Shown here: in pieces, positions 1 to 11,738 of the stretch | Position numbering within the stretch: position 1 is the first letter of the stretch | Layout of the letters: each line of letters opens with the position of its first letter | Translations under genes and position numbers: made by a program | The notes under the pieces: generated by a model | The model's input: only the letters and a program-made list of their open reading frames with translations | Database searches by the model: none | What the model was told of the DNA's origin: nothing | Origin: Acidobacteriota bacterium | GTDB lineage: Bacteria > Acidobacteriota > UBA890 > WLXD01 | Reading direction: 5' to 3' | Assembly (NCBI GenBank): GCA_963666215.2 | Contig: CAXWPL010000001.1 | Coordinates: forward strand, 224,001-288,000 | Length of the DNA stretch: 64,000 nucleotides

Positions 1-373
1 GCAGGGCGAAGGCAACGTTCTCCCCGACGCTCATCGAGTCGAACAGCGCGGCGTACTGAAAAAGCATTCCCATCCGGCGGCGGAGCATCACAAGATCGCT
101 CGCCGTCTGCGCCGACACATGCCGCCCGTCCACGAGAACCTCGCCCGAGTCCGGCTCCAAGAGCCCAATCACGAGCTTGAGGAGGACGCTCTTGCCGGCG
201 CCGCTGGTGCCGATGATCACGAGCGACTCGCCGCGCTCGACGGTCAGGTCGATCTCGCCGAGAACCTGCAAGTCACCGAAGCGCTTGGATAGCGCGCGCA
301 ACTCGATGAACCGCTCGTCGGCGGCACACGTGGCTGCCCCGTCGGCGTCGAGGGGAGTCGCTGCAGTCGGCAT
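1..373 (-). CDS. mlaF: ABC transporter ATP-binding protein, MlaF family (3' part runs off the window)
   Basis: Manual translation gives Walker A GTSGAGKS and RRRMGMLFQYAALFDSMSVGENVAFAL; the ATG at 373 overlaps the mlaE stop (TGATG). Confidence 0.88.
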   Translation of the reverse strand, partial: MPTAATPLDADGAATCAADERFIELRALSKRFGDLQVLGEIDLTVERGESLVIIGTSGAGKSVLLKLVIGLLEPDSGEVLVDGRHVSAQTASDLVMLRRRMGMLFQYAALFDSMSVGENVAFAL

Positions 374-1158
374 CACAGATTCCACAGACTGAGCAGCAGC
401 TTCGTAAGGAAGAAGTCGGACACCAGAATCGCCATGCTGCTCGTGACCATCGCTCCGGTTGTGGCCCGGCCTACGCCCTGAGCCCCACCCGATGTTCGAA
501 AGCCGCGCGCGCAGCTGAACAGAGCGATCATGATCCCGAACAGCGAAGCCTTCAGCAGCCCGCCAGCGACGTCCTGAATGTCGAGGAAGTCAAAGCTCGA
601 GTTCCAATAGGCGGTCGGCGCCGCGCCGAGCATGCGCACCGCGACCGCGTAACCACCGAAGATACCCATCAGATCGCCGATCACCACGAGTATCGGCAAC
701 ATCAAAGCGGCGGCGAGCACGCGCGGCACCACCAGATACCTCACGGGATCGACAGCCATCGTCTTAAGCGCGTCAACCTGTTCCGTGACCATCATGGTGC
801 CGATCTCCGCAGCCATTGCGGACCCGGCGCGCCCGGCAACCATGAGCGAGGCCATCACCGGCACGAGCTCGCGCGTCATGCCGCGGGCTACGGCGAATCC
901 CACCAGGCCGGTGGCGCCAAACTTCGCGAAGCCCTCCCAGGTTTGCAATGCGAAGACCGCGCCGGAAAACCCAGCGGTTACGAGCACGACCGGGAGCGAT
1001 CGATTGCCGATCTCGAACATCTGCGCGAACCAGCTGCGTACGTAGTACGGGCCGCTCACGAGACCGGCGATGGTCGAACCGAACAAGAGAGCGGTCTCGC
1101 CAGCGTCGGAAGCGAGTCGCACGGCCCATTGGCCGACGGCTGTCAGTAGGCGGGTCAT
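373..1158 (-). CDS. mlaE: MlaE family lipid ABC transporter permease
   Basis: RELVPVMASLMVAGRAGSAMAAEIGTM..TEQVDALKTM..DPVRYLVVPR and GAQGVGRATT motifs; coupled to mlaF. Confidence 0.93.
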   Translation of the reverse strand: MTRLLTAVGQWAVRLASDAGETALLFGSTIAGLVSGPYYVRSWFAQMFEIGNRSLPVVLVTAGFSGAVFALQTWEGFAKFGATGLVGFAVARGMTRELVPVMASLMVAGRAGSAMAAEIGTMMVTEQVDALKTMAVDPVRYLVVPRVLAAALMLPILVVIGDLMGIFGGYAVAVRMLGAAPTAYWNSSFDFLDIQDVAGGLLKASLFGIMIALFSCARGFRTSGGAQGVGRATTGAMVTSSMAILVSDFFLTKLLLSLWNL

Positions 1159-1441
1159 TGGATTTGTTCCGTCGCCGACCGCTCGGCTGTCGGGCGGTCG
1201 AACGCCGCCGGCGTTGCCTCGTTCAACGGCCGACGATATTGCAGGACTTGCCCGGCTTCCAGGGCTGGCGAGAATACACGGGGCACGCGGCCTCCCAGGC
1301 TACTGAGCACTTCGTGCGGGTTGCGGTTGGCCCGGCGCGCGATCTCCTCGACAACGACGGCGCCCGGCACAACGCCGCCTTCCGGCTGCGATCCGCTATG
1401 CAACCACACCGTATCGCCGCGCCTGGAGTTGTGCACGTCGG
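1155..1441 (-). pseudogene. alr: Diverged fragment of the alanine racemase 3' end
   Basis: GDTVWL..VEEIARRA..PHEVLS.LGGRVPRVF matches the C-terminus of alr (2487-3836); identical 20-nt and 19-nt DNA blocks are shared with 2577-2743. Confidence 0.8.
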
Positions 1442-1513
1442 CAGCAGAACGGGAGCACGGGGCAACGAGCCCGACCTCGGCGCCTTGCCAAATCGCTGGA
1501 GCTCGGAGCCCCG

Positions 1514-2446
1514 TCAGGTATCGGCGCGCTCGGGCAGTCCGAGCTCGTAATCCTGAAATGCGTCAGGCGCATTCAGCAGGTCTGCAACTTCGTCATGGTT
1601 CTCGACGATGATCTCGATCGGCCGGTTCGTTTGCTTTTGGAACCGACGATCGATCACCGGCGTTGGGGAGATACCGAGCAACGGGAAAATCGAGCGCTCG
1701 AACGCGGCCTGAGGATCTGCGCAGATGTCCTCATAGCAAACGACAGCGCCATGCTCGCTCAGAACTGGCAGCTTCATCCACTCTTCGTTGATGGCTCTCA
1801 CTGCGGCGAAGTACGACCGGATCTTCACGTTGGAGAGCCGGATCGTCCGATCTGTTTCCACGTAAGTCCGACCGGCGCTCCATCCAGTCTCCCCGGTCAC
1901 GCCGCACATTGCATGCGAAATCAACTGGCGGGACATCGACCGTCGATAAAGAACGACGAACTTGGCGGTTGGAAAGGCTCCGTGGAGATCGGCCACCGTA
2001 ACCCCTCCGATCTCGAAATGCTCATACTGGAGCTTGACGGCGCAGATGCGGCTGTCGATGGCCTGCAAGCACTGGCTGAGATAGGAAAGGCACAGATCCT
2101 TCGAGGAGAATACCGGAGGGTCGTACGACGTACGCAACAAGTGCGGCCCCCTCCTGTGTCGCCGAACCCAGCGCCCAAGACTCTTCCTGGCCACCAGCCA
2201 GAAGGGGCCGAAGTACATCTTGGAGACGTGCCTCGAGACATTCCCGAGGACCTCGAAGTCGAACGCTGCACCCGGAATCGACTCCAGGAGCCCCAGGAAA
2301 TGCTTGCTGCCAGATCGCGGCGTAAAGAGAAGAAAGACGGGCTGTCTGTCTTCCAGACTGGACACCTTCGCAGCCGCGATTCTGCGCTCGACAAAACCCC
2401 ACGCGAAACGTGACTTGAGCTCGGCGATCTTGGGCATGTCGTCCAA
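1514..2446 (-). CDS. PAPS-dependent sulfotransferase, Stf0-like
   Basis: 5'-PSB loop FLLFTPRSGS, 3'-PB-like VVLYRRSMSRQLIS, and YEDI..DPQ motif. Confidence 0.75.
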   Translation of the reverse strand: MDDMPKIAELKSRFAWGFVERRIAAAKVSSLEDRQPVFLLFTPRSGSKHFLGLLESIPGAAFDFEVLGNVSRHVSKMYFGPFWLVARKSLGRWVRRHRRGPHLLRTSYDPPVFSSKDLCLSYLSQCLQAIDSRICAVKLQYEHFEIGGVTVADLHGAFPTAKFVVLYRRSMSRQLISHAMCGVTGETGWSAGRTYVETDRTIRLSNVKIRSYFAAVRAINEEWMKLPVLSEHGAVVCYEDICADPQAAFERSIFPLLGISPTPVIDRRFQKQTNRPIEIIVENHDEVADLLNAPDAFQDYELGLPERADT

Positions 2447-2486
2447 TCAGGTGCCGTAGGGCAGTGAGGGAAATGGGGGACGCGGG

Positions 2487-3836
2487 CTACAGCGAACCCT
2501 CCGCCAGCGCTATATCAGGCGCCAGCGCGGTCGCACTCGATGGCGCGCCGTCGGGCAGGGCTCGCGGGGCGTTCAGGAATACGCGCGGCACGCGACCTCC
2601 CAGCCTACTGAGCACTTCGTGCGGAATACTATCGGCTCGGCGCGCGATCTCTTCCACCGCGAAGGAGGGCTCGGCCAAGCCCTCCGCCTGTGGCCCGCCG
2701 AACAACCACACCGTATCGCCGACCGTGGCGTCCGGCACGTCGGTCACATCGACGATCGTGGCGTCCATGCTGATGCGCCCGACGATCGGCACTCTGCAAC
2801 CTCTCAGAAGCACCTCGGCCGGCCGAGAATGGCGCCCGTGAGGGCTTGGATGACTCAGCGCTCGCGGTAGGCCGTCATGGTAGCCGAGCGGGAGCACGCC
2901 GAGCCGAGTCCTCCGTTCAGGGCGAAAGCTCATGCCGTAACCGACGGCGGTACCAGCCTCCGCCCAGCGGAGAGCCGCCACGCGCGTGCGGAGACTCATC
3001 ACTCGGCGTAGTCGGAGCGGCGAAGGCTCACACGCGAGCGTGGCGCCGTACAGCGCCAGGCCGGGGCGAACGCCCGTGAATCCCTCGGGCCCGGAGTCGC
3101 GCCAGGTGACCGGGTGGTGAGCGACGCCGGCGCTGTTGGCCAGGTGAGCCCATGGAAGGCTGAGACCGGCTTCCCCAAGTCCGAGGAGAATGCGCCGGAA
3201 GCTGGCCGCCTGTTCGGCAACGAAGTCGTGTTCGGCACTGCCAGCCAACGCGCCCGCGGTAGCGAGATTGGAGAACAGCCCGCCGAGTCGAATCTCGGGG
3301 CTACTCATCAGATCGCTGGCGAGCGCGACGACCGGCTCGATGTCGGGGCCAACACCAAGACGTCGCATCCCGGTGTCGACTTTGATTTGCACATCAACAA
3401 CCCGAGCGTTGCCTCCCTTGCGCACCGCGGAACGCAGCCGTCCTGCTGCTGCGGCGTCAGATACGGCGGCGATCAGTCGGTGCTCGACAACCAGGCGATA
3501 CGGATCGCGCTCCCCGCCGTTGGCGAGCGTAGTCATCACCAGGACCGGAGCGTCAATACCTGAAGCTCGCAGCTCGGCGCCCTCGCTCGCCGTGGCAACA
3601 CAAAAGCCGCTTGGGCGAGACTTACCGCACATTTGCAGCGCGCGAGCCACCTGCGCGGCGCCATGACCGTAGGCGTCGGCTTTGACGACCGCCCATACGT
3701 CGGTCGGCGCCACGTACTTCGCCACTTGGCGATAGTTAGCGACACAGGCCCCGAGATCGATCTCGGCAACGGTCGGCCGACAGTCGCTTACGCCCACAGC
3801 AACGCTCCTACGGCCGGCGCCGGGACGAGGAATCAC
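2487..3836 (-). CDS. alr: Alanine racemase (start uncertain)
   Basis: PLP lysine motif AVVKADAYGHG, KVDTGMRRLG, GYHDG, GRISMD. Confidence 0.95.
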   Translation of the reverse strand: MIPRPGAGRRSVAVGVSDCRPTVAEIDLGACVANYRQVAKYVAPTDVWAVVKADAYGHGAAQVARALQMCGKSRPSGFCVATASEGAELRASGIDAPVLVMTTLANGGERDPYRLVVEHRLIAAVSDAAAAGRLRSAVRKGGNARVVDVQIKVDTGMRRLGVGPDIEPVVALASDLMSSPEIRLGGLFSNLATAGALAGSAEHDFVAEQAASFRRILLGLGEAGLSLPWAHLANSAGVAHHPVTWRDSGPEGFTGVRPGLALYGATLACEPSPLRLRRVMSLRTRVAALRWAEAGTAVGYGMSFRPERRTRLGVLPLGYHDGLPRALSHPSPHGRHSRPAEVLLRGCRVPIVGRISMDATIVDVTDVPDATVGDTVWLFGGPQAEGLAEPSFAVEEIARRADSIPHEVLSRLGGRVPRVFLNAPRALPDGAPSSATALAPDIALAEGSL

Positions 3837-3901
3837 CGACGCCCGCGCCGCAGCGATCCCATCGGTGGCCTGCCCATGCCGTTGAGGGCGAGAGCACGGT
3901 T

Positions 3902-5272
3902 CTAGAACTCAGACTCGGGTGCTTGCGACGGCTCTGCGAAAAGGGTGAACGACTTGAGGAACACCAGCGGCACCATGCCGATCGGCCCGTTTCGTTGCTT
4001 CGAGATGATCAGCTCCGCGCGCCCCTCGAGGTCGGGGTCGTCCCTGTCGTAGACCTCGGGACGAAAGATAAACGCCACCACGTCGGCATCCTGCTCGAGG
4101 TTGCCCGACTCCCGCAGATCGGACAGCTGCGGCCGATGCCCTGCGCGTGATTCAGGGGCGCGTGATAGCTGCGACAGCGCCAAAACCGGAACCTCGAGCT
4201 CCTTGGCAAGCGCCTTGAGGCCGCGCGAGATCTCACCGATCTCGAGGTTGCGGTTGTCGGCGCGGCCCGAGGCGCGGACCAGCTGCAGATAGTCGACCAC
4301 GATCAGATCGAGCCCGTGCTCGGCCTTGAGCCGACGCGCCTTGGCACGCATCTCGAGCACGGTGATCGCGGCGCTGTCGTCGATGAAGATGCGGGCGCGC
4401 GAAAGCTCCTCGAGCGCCGAACCCAACCCGTCCATGTCGGACTTCGAGAGAAACCCGGTCGCGAGCTTGTGGGCGTCGACCTTGGCCACTGCTGTCACCA
4501 AGCGCCGGATCACCTGCTGCACCGACATCTCGAGCGAAAAGAAGCCGACACAGCGCGGCGGCTCGCCGGCTGCGGCGCGCTTGGGGTCGAGCGCGACGCT
4601 CTGGGCGATGTTGAGCGCGAGCGAAGTCTTCCCCATGGAAGGGCGCGCCGCGAGGATGACGAGGTCGCCGGGTTGCAGTCCCGCTGTCATCGAGTCCAAA
4701 CGCGAGTATCCCGTGGGGAGGCCGGTGACAAAGTCGCCCCGCTTCTGCAGCTCCTCGATCTGGCGCATCGTGTCGAACGCGAGATCGCGCACCGACACGA
4801 AGCCGCGCCGCACCTTGCCCTCGCTGATCTCGAAGATCGAGTGCTCGGCCAGGTCGAGGAGCTCGTCGGTGTCCTTGCCGCCCTCCATCGCCTCGCTGAT
4901 GATCGAGCTGGCGGAAATGATGAGCTGGCGGCGTGCCGATTTGTCCTTGACGATGCGCGCGTAGTGCTCAACGTTGGCGGTGCGAGGCAGCCCGTCGATG
5001 AGCTCGGCTATGTAGGCGGAGCCCCCAGCGCGCGCGAACGTGTCGCGGCGCTCGAGCTCTTCGCGCAAGGTAATCGGATCGATCGCGTCGGCGCGCTCCG
5101 ACAGCGACGACATCCCCTCGAAGATGAACCGGTGCGCGTCGTCGAAGAAGTCGCCGGCAACGATCTGCTGCGCCGCGACGTTGAACGCCTCGTTGTCGAG
5201 CAGTACGGCGCCGAGCACAGAGCGCTCGGCATCGCGACTGCTCGGTAGCGATCCTGTATCGCCGACGCGCAT
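3902..5272 (-). CDS. dnaB: Replicative DNA helicase
   Basis: AERSVLGAVL, AARPSMGKT, IVVDYLQL, LSQLSR, SDLRESGNLEQDAD, KQRNGPIG. Confidence 0.98.
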   Translation of the reverse strand: MRVGDTGSLPSSRDAERSVLGAVLLDNEAFNVAAQQIVAGDFFDDAHRFIFEGMSSLSERADAIDPITLREELERRDTFARAGGSAYIAELIDGLPRTANVEHYARIVKDKSARRQLIISASSIISEAMEGGKDTDELLDLAEHSIFEISEGKVRRGFVSVRDLAFDTMRQIEELQKRGDFVTGLPTGYSRLDSMTAGLQPGDLVILAARPSMGKTSLALNIAQSVALDPKRAAAGEPPRCVGFFSLEMSVQQVIRRLVTAVAKVDAHKLATGFLSKSDMDGLGSALEELSRARIFIDDSAAITVLEMRAKARRLKAEHGLDLIVVDYLQLVRASGRADNRNLEIGEISRGLKALAKELEVPVLALSQLSRAPESRAGHRPQLSDLRESGNLEQDADVVAFIFRPEVYDRDDPDLEGRAELIISKQRNGPIGMVPLVFLKSFTLFAEPSQAPESEF

Positions 5273-5352
5273 CCTGTTCCCTCGAGCGCCGCTGCGCGAA
5301 CCTGCCCTGTTCGCGCCGGTGCCTTGACTGGCGGTTACAAGCGGACCGGAGC

Positions 5353-5814
5353 CTAGGAGCCCTCCTCCTCGGCGACGACGTTGACCTTCACGGTGCCAAT
5401 CACACCGTGCGAGAGCGCGATCGGCACGGTGTGCTCGCCCACTTCTTTGATCGGTTGCTCCAGATGGATGTGGCCGCGGTCCACGTCGAAGCCACGCTCG
5501 TCGAGCGCATCGCCGATGTCGACCACGCTCACCGAACCGTACAGCGAGGACTCCTCGCCTTCGATCACCTTGCGCGACATCGTCAGAACGACCACCGACA
5601 GACGCTCGGCCACAGCCTCGGCAGCGGCACGTTGCTCCGCGGCGGCAGCGCGCAGCTTGCCCATCTGCTGCTCAACCGTCGCGATGTTGGCCTTGGTCGC
5701 GGGCACCGCCAGATTCTTGGGCAGGAGGTAGTTGCGCCCGTAGCCGTTGGCCACCTCGACGAGATCCCCTGGCTGCCCAAGGTGCGTTACCGCTTGTTTG
5801 AGGATCAGCTTCAT
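5353..5814 (-). CDS. rplI: 50S ribosomal protein bL9
   Basis: LG..GDLVEVANGYGRNYLLP, LYGSVS; lies between rpsR and dnaB. Confidence 0.97.
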   Translation of the reverse strand: MKLILKQAVTHLGQPGDLVEVANGYGRNYLLPKNLAVPATKANIATVEQQMGKLRAAAAEQRAAAEAVAERLSVVVLTMSRKVIEGEESSLYGSVSVVDIGDALDERGFDVDRGHIHLEQPIKEVGEHTVPIALSHGVIGTVKVNVVAEEEGS

Positions 5815-5823
5815 GTTCACGGC

Positions 5824-6072
5824 CTAGCTGCTCCCCACGTACGGAAGCAAGGCGATCGTCCGGGCGCGCTTGATCGCCTGTCGCAGCATCCGTTGGTGTT
5901 TGGCCGAGGCCCCACTCGTGCGACGCGGGATCATCTTGCCGCGATCGTCGACGTATCGGCGCAACAGGTCGACGTCTTTGTAGTCGACGTAGGTGGCCTT
6001 GTCGCGTGTTAGACGATCAACCCGGCGCCGGCGCCTGAATCCGCCTCCGCCCCTCTTTACTCGTTGCTGCAT
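5824..6072 (-). CDS. rpsR: 30S ribosomal protein bS18 (cysteine-free form)
   Basis: [42 protein letters not shown]. Confidence 0.97.
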   Translation of the reverse strand: MQQRVKRGGGGFRRRRRVDRLTRDKATYVDYKDVDLLRRYVDDRGKMIPRRTSGASAKHQRMLRQAIKRARTIALLPYVGSS

Positions 6073-6074
6073 CG

Positions 6075-6869
6075 TCAGTCCTCCTCCGACTCGGCCGGTT
6101 CAGCCGAGCCCGCGTCATCTTCAGCCGGCGCGCCGTCTGACGCCATGTCACCGCTTTCCGGAGCTCCGGACTCGTCCGTGGCCTTTTCCGTAGCGCCCTC
6201 GGAGCCTTCATCAGTAGCCCCTTCGGCGACCGTAGGCTCACCCGATGGAGCGTCGACTTCTTCCGACTCCGCGGGCGCATCGCTCTCCGAACCATCGGTC
6301 GCATCGGCAGACGGCTCATCCGCCTCCGCCGGCGCAGCGTCGGTTTCGACGGGAGCCGGAGCGACCTGCGGATCCTCCTCGGTCGAAGTGGGCTCGACGG
6401 CGTCGTCGGTCTCGGTTTCTTCCTTCGAGACCGTGGCTCCGAACACCTCTCCGGCAGCCAGCGCCGCGGCCTTGGCTATGGCGCGCTCGCCTGCGGCCGC
6501 AACCTGGGCAGCCGCCAGCGCCTTGTCCTCATCCGAGATCTCCAACTCGGCCAGCTGCTTGCGAACCACCACCTCCTGAGCGCCTGTCAGCCTGACGACG
6601 ATCTCGCGGAGGATCGACTCGCGATAGCGGGTGTGAGCGCGAAACTCGTTGGGGAGAGTTGGCGGCCCCTCGAGCTGGAAGAGGACGTAGATACCATCCT
6701 CGAACCTCTGGATGCGATACGCCAGGCGGCGACGTCCCCACTTGTCGACCCGCAGGATATCTCCGCCGGACGACTCGATCTGGGTACGGAGCCCACCGAT
6801 GATGGCGTCGACTCCGTCGTCATCCTCGTTGGGCGAGATGATGACAACAATTTCGTACAGGCTGGCCAT
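6075..6869 (-). CDS. rpsF: 30S ribosomal protein bS6 with a long acidic C-terminal extension
   Basis: [24 protein letters not shown] core, followed by a low-complexity E/D/A/S/P tail. Confidence 0.95.
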   Translation of the reverse strand: MASLYEIVVIISPNEDDDGVDAIIGGLRTQIESSGGDILRVDKWGRRRLAYRIQRFEDGIYVLFQLEGPPTLPNEFRAHTRYRESILREIVVRLTGAQEVVVRKQLAELEISDEDKALAAAQVAAAGERAIAKAAALAAGEVFGATVSKEETETDDAVEPTSTEEDPQVAPAPVETDAAPAEADEPSADATDGSESDAPAESEEVDAPSGEPTVAEGATDEGSEGATEKATDESGAPESGDMASDGAPAEDDAGSAEPAESEED

Positions 6870-6873
6870 GATT

Positions 6874-6917
6874 CTCCCCTCGGCCTATGGCCCCACCTCG
6901 AAGATGGGGCGAGGAGC
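6874..6917 (-). promoter_or_regulatory. S6:S18 ribosomal-protein leader RNA (autogenous translational repression)
   Basis: mRNA sense CUCCUC-GCCCCAUC-UUCGA-GGUGGGGC-CAUAGG-CCG-AGGGGAG-aauc-AUG: apical hairpin, CCG motif, and a basal helix that sequesters the rpsF Shine-Dalgarno. Confidence 0.8.
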
Positions 6918-7024
6918 AGTGCCGTCCTCGTCCTGCCGTGAGCCAATGCTCCGGCGGGCTGCGTCGAGGGCGGACGGTGAAAAAACGTTAGAAGCGTATC
7001 TCGAGCTGGTTGGCGCCTCGACAG

Positions 7025-9073
<2,049 letters not shown>

Positions 9074-9100
9074 GGAGGGTCTCCTGTGCGGCAGCGAGCC

Positions 9101-9685
9101 TCAGGGCTCGATGGCCGGATCCTTCTGATTGAAGCTGTTCATGGCCGTGCCGAAACCGCGGCGCAAGATCATGCGCACCGCGGCCGTGGCGCGATCGATC
9201 ATTCGATCGCGGAGCTCCATTTCGTCGTCGTTGAACTTGGCCAGGACGTAGTCGGCCGCGTTTCCCAGGTCGTGGGTGCCGCGCACGCCCAACCGCAGCC
9301 GCGCGATCTTTTGCGTGCCCAGCTCGGCGATCAGCGACTCTAGTCCGCGATGCCCACCCGTTCCACCCGATCGGCGCAACCGTAGTGCACCCAGCGGCAG
9401 GTCAATGTCGTCGTAGGTCACCACTACGTCTCGAGGCTCGATCTGTAGTGAGCTGCAGGCTTGCGCCACCCCCAGTCCACTGCTGTTCATGTAGGTCCGT
9501 GAACGCACGAGCCACAGGTTATCGGCACCGAGCCGAAGCTTTTCCAGCTCGACCCATTCTTTGGTTCGGCGCTCGACAACCTTGCCCTTGGCCACAAGGT
9601 TGTCGAGCAGCAACCATCCGGCGTTGTGCCGCGTTTCGGCGTACTCGGCCCCAGGGTTGCCAAGTCCAACCAAGACTCGCACCAT
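9101..9685 (-). CDS. pth: Peptidyl-tRNA hydrolase
   Basis: VGLGNPG.EY..TRHNAG, TYMNSSG, DDIDLP, GGHRG. Confidence 0.97.
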   Translation of the reverse strand: MVRVLVGLGNPGAEYAETRHNAGWLLLDNLVAKGKVVERRTKEWVELEKLRLGADNLWLVRSRTYMNSSGLGVAQACSSLQIEPRDVVVTYDDIDLPLGALRLRRSGGTGGHRGLESLIAELGTQKIARLRLGVRGTHDLGNAADYVLAKFNDDEMELRDRMIDRATAAVRMILRRGFGTAMNSFNQKDPAIEP

Positions 9686-9712
9686 GCCTCCGCGAGCGTC
9701 GTGGCGAACCGC

Positions 9713-10387
9713 CTAGGAGCCGGGTTCGCCTTCCTCTCCGTCCTCCTCGCCAATAAGCTCGGGCTCCTCGCTCAGACCCAGCAGATCGTCCTCGAGCGTC
9801 TCGGTCTCGATCTCCTCCTCGACACGCGGCGCGGCGATGATGAGCAACGTCTGATCGGCCTCGTCGAGCACCTCGACCCCTTGCGGCACCTGGAGGTCCC
9901 TCACATGCGCCACAGCGCCAATATCGAGCTCCGTGACGTCGATCCGGAGAGTGTCGGGAATGTCGTTGGGCAGGCAGCGCACGTGCACTCGCCGCATGAT
10001 CAGGTCCAGGGTCCCTTTCTCGATCTTCACCCCATGGGCTTCGCCGACAACCTCCACCGGGACGTCCACATCGATCGGGTCCAGGAGCGAGATGCGCAGG
10101 AAGTCCGCGTGCAGGATCCGATGCGACACCGGATCGATCTGAAAATCGGATATCAGAGCCGTCTGCATGCGTTCATCGTCGGGAAGTTGCAGCGTCAGGA
10201 TCGAGTTTTGCCCACCATCCGATTGGAGAATCGCGATCACCGCCTTGGGGTCGACCGTGATCGGCCGCGCATCGCGACCGCCACCGTACAGCACGGCGGG
10301 AAGCTTGCCCGCGACCCGGAGACGCCTGGCCACGTTCGTGGAACCAGGCTCGCGAAGCTCCACATCTACTCTGGTTGATCTGTTCAT
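9713..10387 (-). CDS. rplY: 50S ribosomal protein bL25/Ctc (long form)
   Basis: ARRLR..GKLPAVLYG, Q.DPV..ILHADF; lies between prs and pth. Confidence 0.95.
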   Translation of the reverse strand: MNRSTRVDVELREPGSTNVARRLRVAGKLPAVLYGGGRDARPITVDPKAVIAILQSDGGQNSILTLQLPDDERMQTALISDFQIDPVSHRILHADFLRISLLDPIDVDVPVEVVGEAHGVKIEKGTLDLIMRRVHVRCLPNDIPDTLRIDVTELDIGAVAHVRDLQVPQGVEVLDEADQTLLIIAAPRVEEEIETETLEDDLLGLSEEPELIGEEDGEEGEPGS

Positions 10388-10468
10388 TGGTGATACCTCG
10401 CTATCGATCTCGCATCGGTACGGCGGCCCCGAGAGGGGGGACGAGCGTTTCGTGCAACGCCAGGGGCG

Positions 10469-11416
10469 TCAAATGAATAGCCGCGAGATGCTCGTTTCTT
10501 CGTGGATGTTGCGGATGGCGGCGCCGAAAAGCTCGGCGACCGAAAGAACCTCGAAGCGCTCGCAGGCAGCGGCTTCGGGAGAAAGCGGAATCGTATCGGT
10601 AACGAAGACGCGCTCGAACGGACTCGCCTCGATGTTCTTGACGGCGTCGCGCGACAGCACGGCGTGCGTGGCAAACGCGTAGACCTTCGTAGCGCCAGCC
10701 TCGAGGACGGCCCTGGCGCCCTTCGTGAGAGTCCCGGCAGTGTCGATCATGTCGTCATAGAAGCAGCAGACGGCGCCGGCAACGTCACCCACGACCGTCA
10801 TGTCGGCGACTTGATTCGGCCGCGGTCGACGCTTGTCGATGACCGCAAGGCTCGCCTCGAGCCGCTTGGCGATTGCTCGCGCACGCTCCACGCCGCCAGC
10901 ATCGGGGGACACCAGCATGAGATCGCCCTCCAGCCCCTCGATGCACTTCAGCGCGATCGGAGCGGCGAATAGATGATCGAACGGGATGTTGAAGAATCCC
11001 TGGATCTGTCCGGCGTGGAGATCCATCGACAACACCCGGTCGGCACCGGCAACCGTGAGCAAGTCAGCCACGAGCTTCGCCGAGATCGGTACCCGCGGGC
11101 TGTCCTTCTTGTCTTGCCGGGCATAACCGAAGTACGGGATGACCGCGGTGATCTGTTTCGCCGACGCGCGCTTGGCGGCGTCGATCATGATCAGCAGCTC
11201 CATGAGGCTGTCGTTGACCGGTCGGCACGTCGATTGGATCATGAAGACGTCGACACCACGGATGTTCTCGCCGATCTGACAATTCACCTCGCCGTCGGCG
11301 AAATGCGTGACCTCGATGTCGCCCAGAGGCGCCCCGATCGCCACCGCGATGGCGCGAGCGAGATCAGGGTTGGCGTTGCCCGTAAAGAGCTTGATCTGTT
11401 CGAGGTCGCTGGGCAT
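10469..11416 (-). CDS. prs: Ribose-phosphate pyrophosphokinase
   Basis: FADGE, PYFGYARQD, DLHAGQIQGFF, SPDAGGVERAR, DDMIDTAGT. Confidence 0.98.
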   Translation of the reverse strand: MPSDLEQIKLFTGNANPDLARAIAVAIGAPLGDIEVTHFADGEVNCQIGENIRGVDVFMIQSTCRPVNDSLMELLIMIDAAKRASAKQITAVIPYFGYARQDKKDSPRVPISAKLVADLLTVAGADRVLSMDLHAGQIQGFFNIPFDHLFAAPIALKCIEGLEGDLMLVSPDAGGVERARAIAKRLEASLAVIDKRRPRPNQVADMTVVGDVAGAVCCFYDDMIDTAGTLTKGARAVLEAGATKVYAFATHAVLSRDAVKNIEASPFERVFVTDTIPLSPEAAACERFEVLSVAELFGAAIRNIHEETSISRLFI

Positions 11417-11486
11417 GGCTGACGGCCGTCGCTACTGGCAGAGGTCGCGGGCTACTTGCCTGGGATCGCCGGATCGAGCTCGAAGG

Positions 11487-11560
11487 CTGGGGCGGCAGGA
11501 TTCGAACCTGCGAATGCCGGATCCAAAGACCGGTGCCTTGCCTGACTTGGCGACGCCCCA
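11487..11560 (-). tRNA. tRNA-Gln(TTG); CCA not encoded
   Basis: Cloverleaf TGGGGCG..CCGGT-CTTTGGA-TCCGG..GGTTCGAATCC..CGCCCCA-G; usual position upstream of prs. Confidence 0.95.
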
Positions 11561-11642
11561 AGGTTTCCACGAGGCGCAGTTACCTCGCGCTGAACAAACT
11601 GGCGGGACGAACGAAAGGTACGAACGCCCAAACGGGCACTGC

Positions 11643-11672
11643 ATTATACGCGCGTCCCGCTCGACCCGGCAA
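11643..11672 (-). promoter_or_regulatory. Putative sigma70 promoter for tRNA-Gln-prs
   Basis: TTGCCG-N18-TATAAT on the minus strand, about 80 bp upstream of the tRNA. Confidence 0.6.
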
Positions 11673-11738
11673 ACAAGCATCGAACGCCCGACACAGGCCG
11701 TCACCTTGGTCGGCAAATCAGCTGCGGCAGCTCGCACA

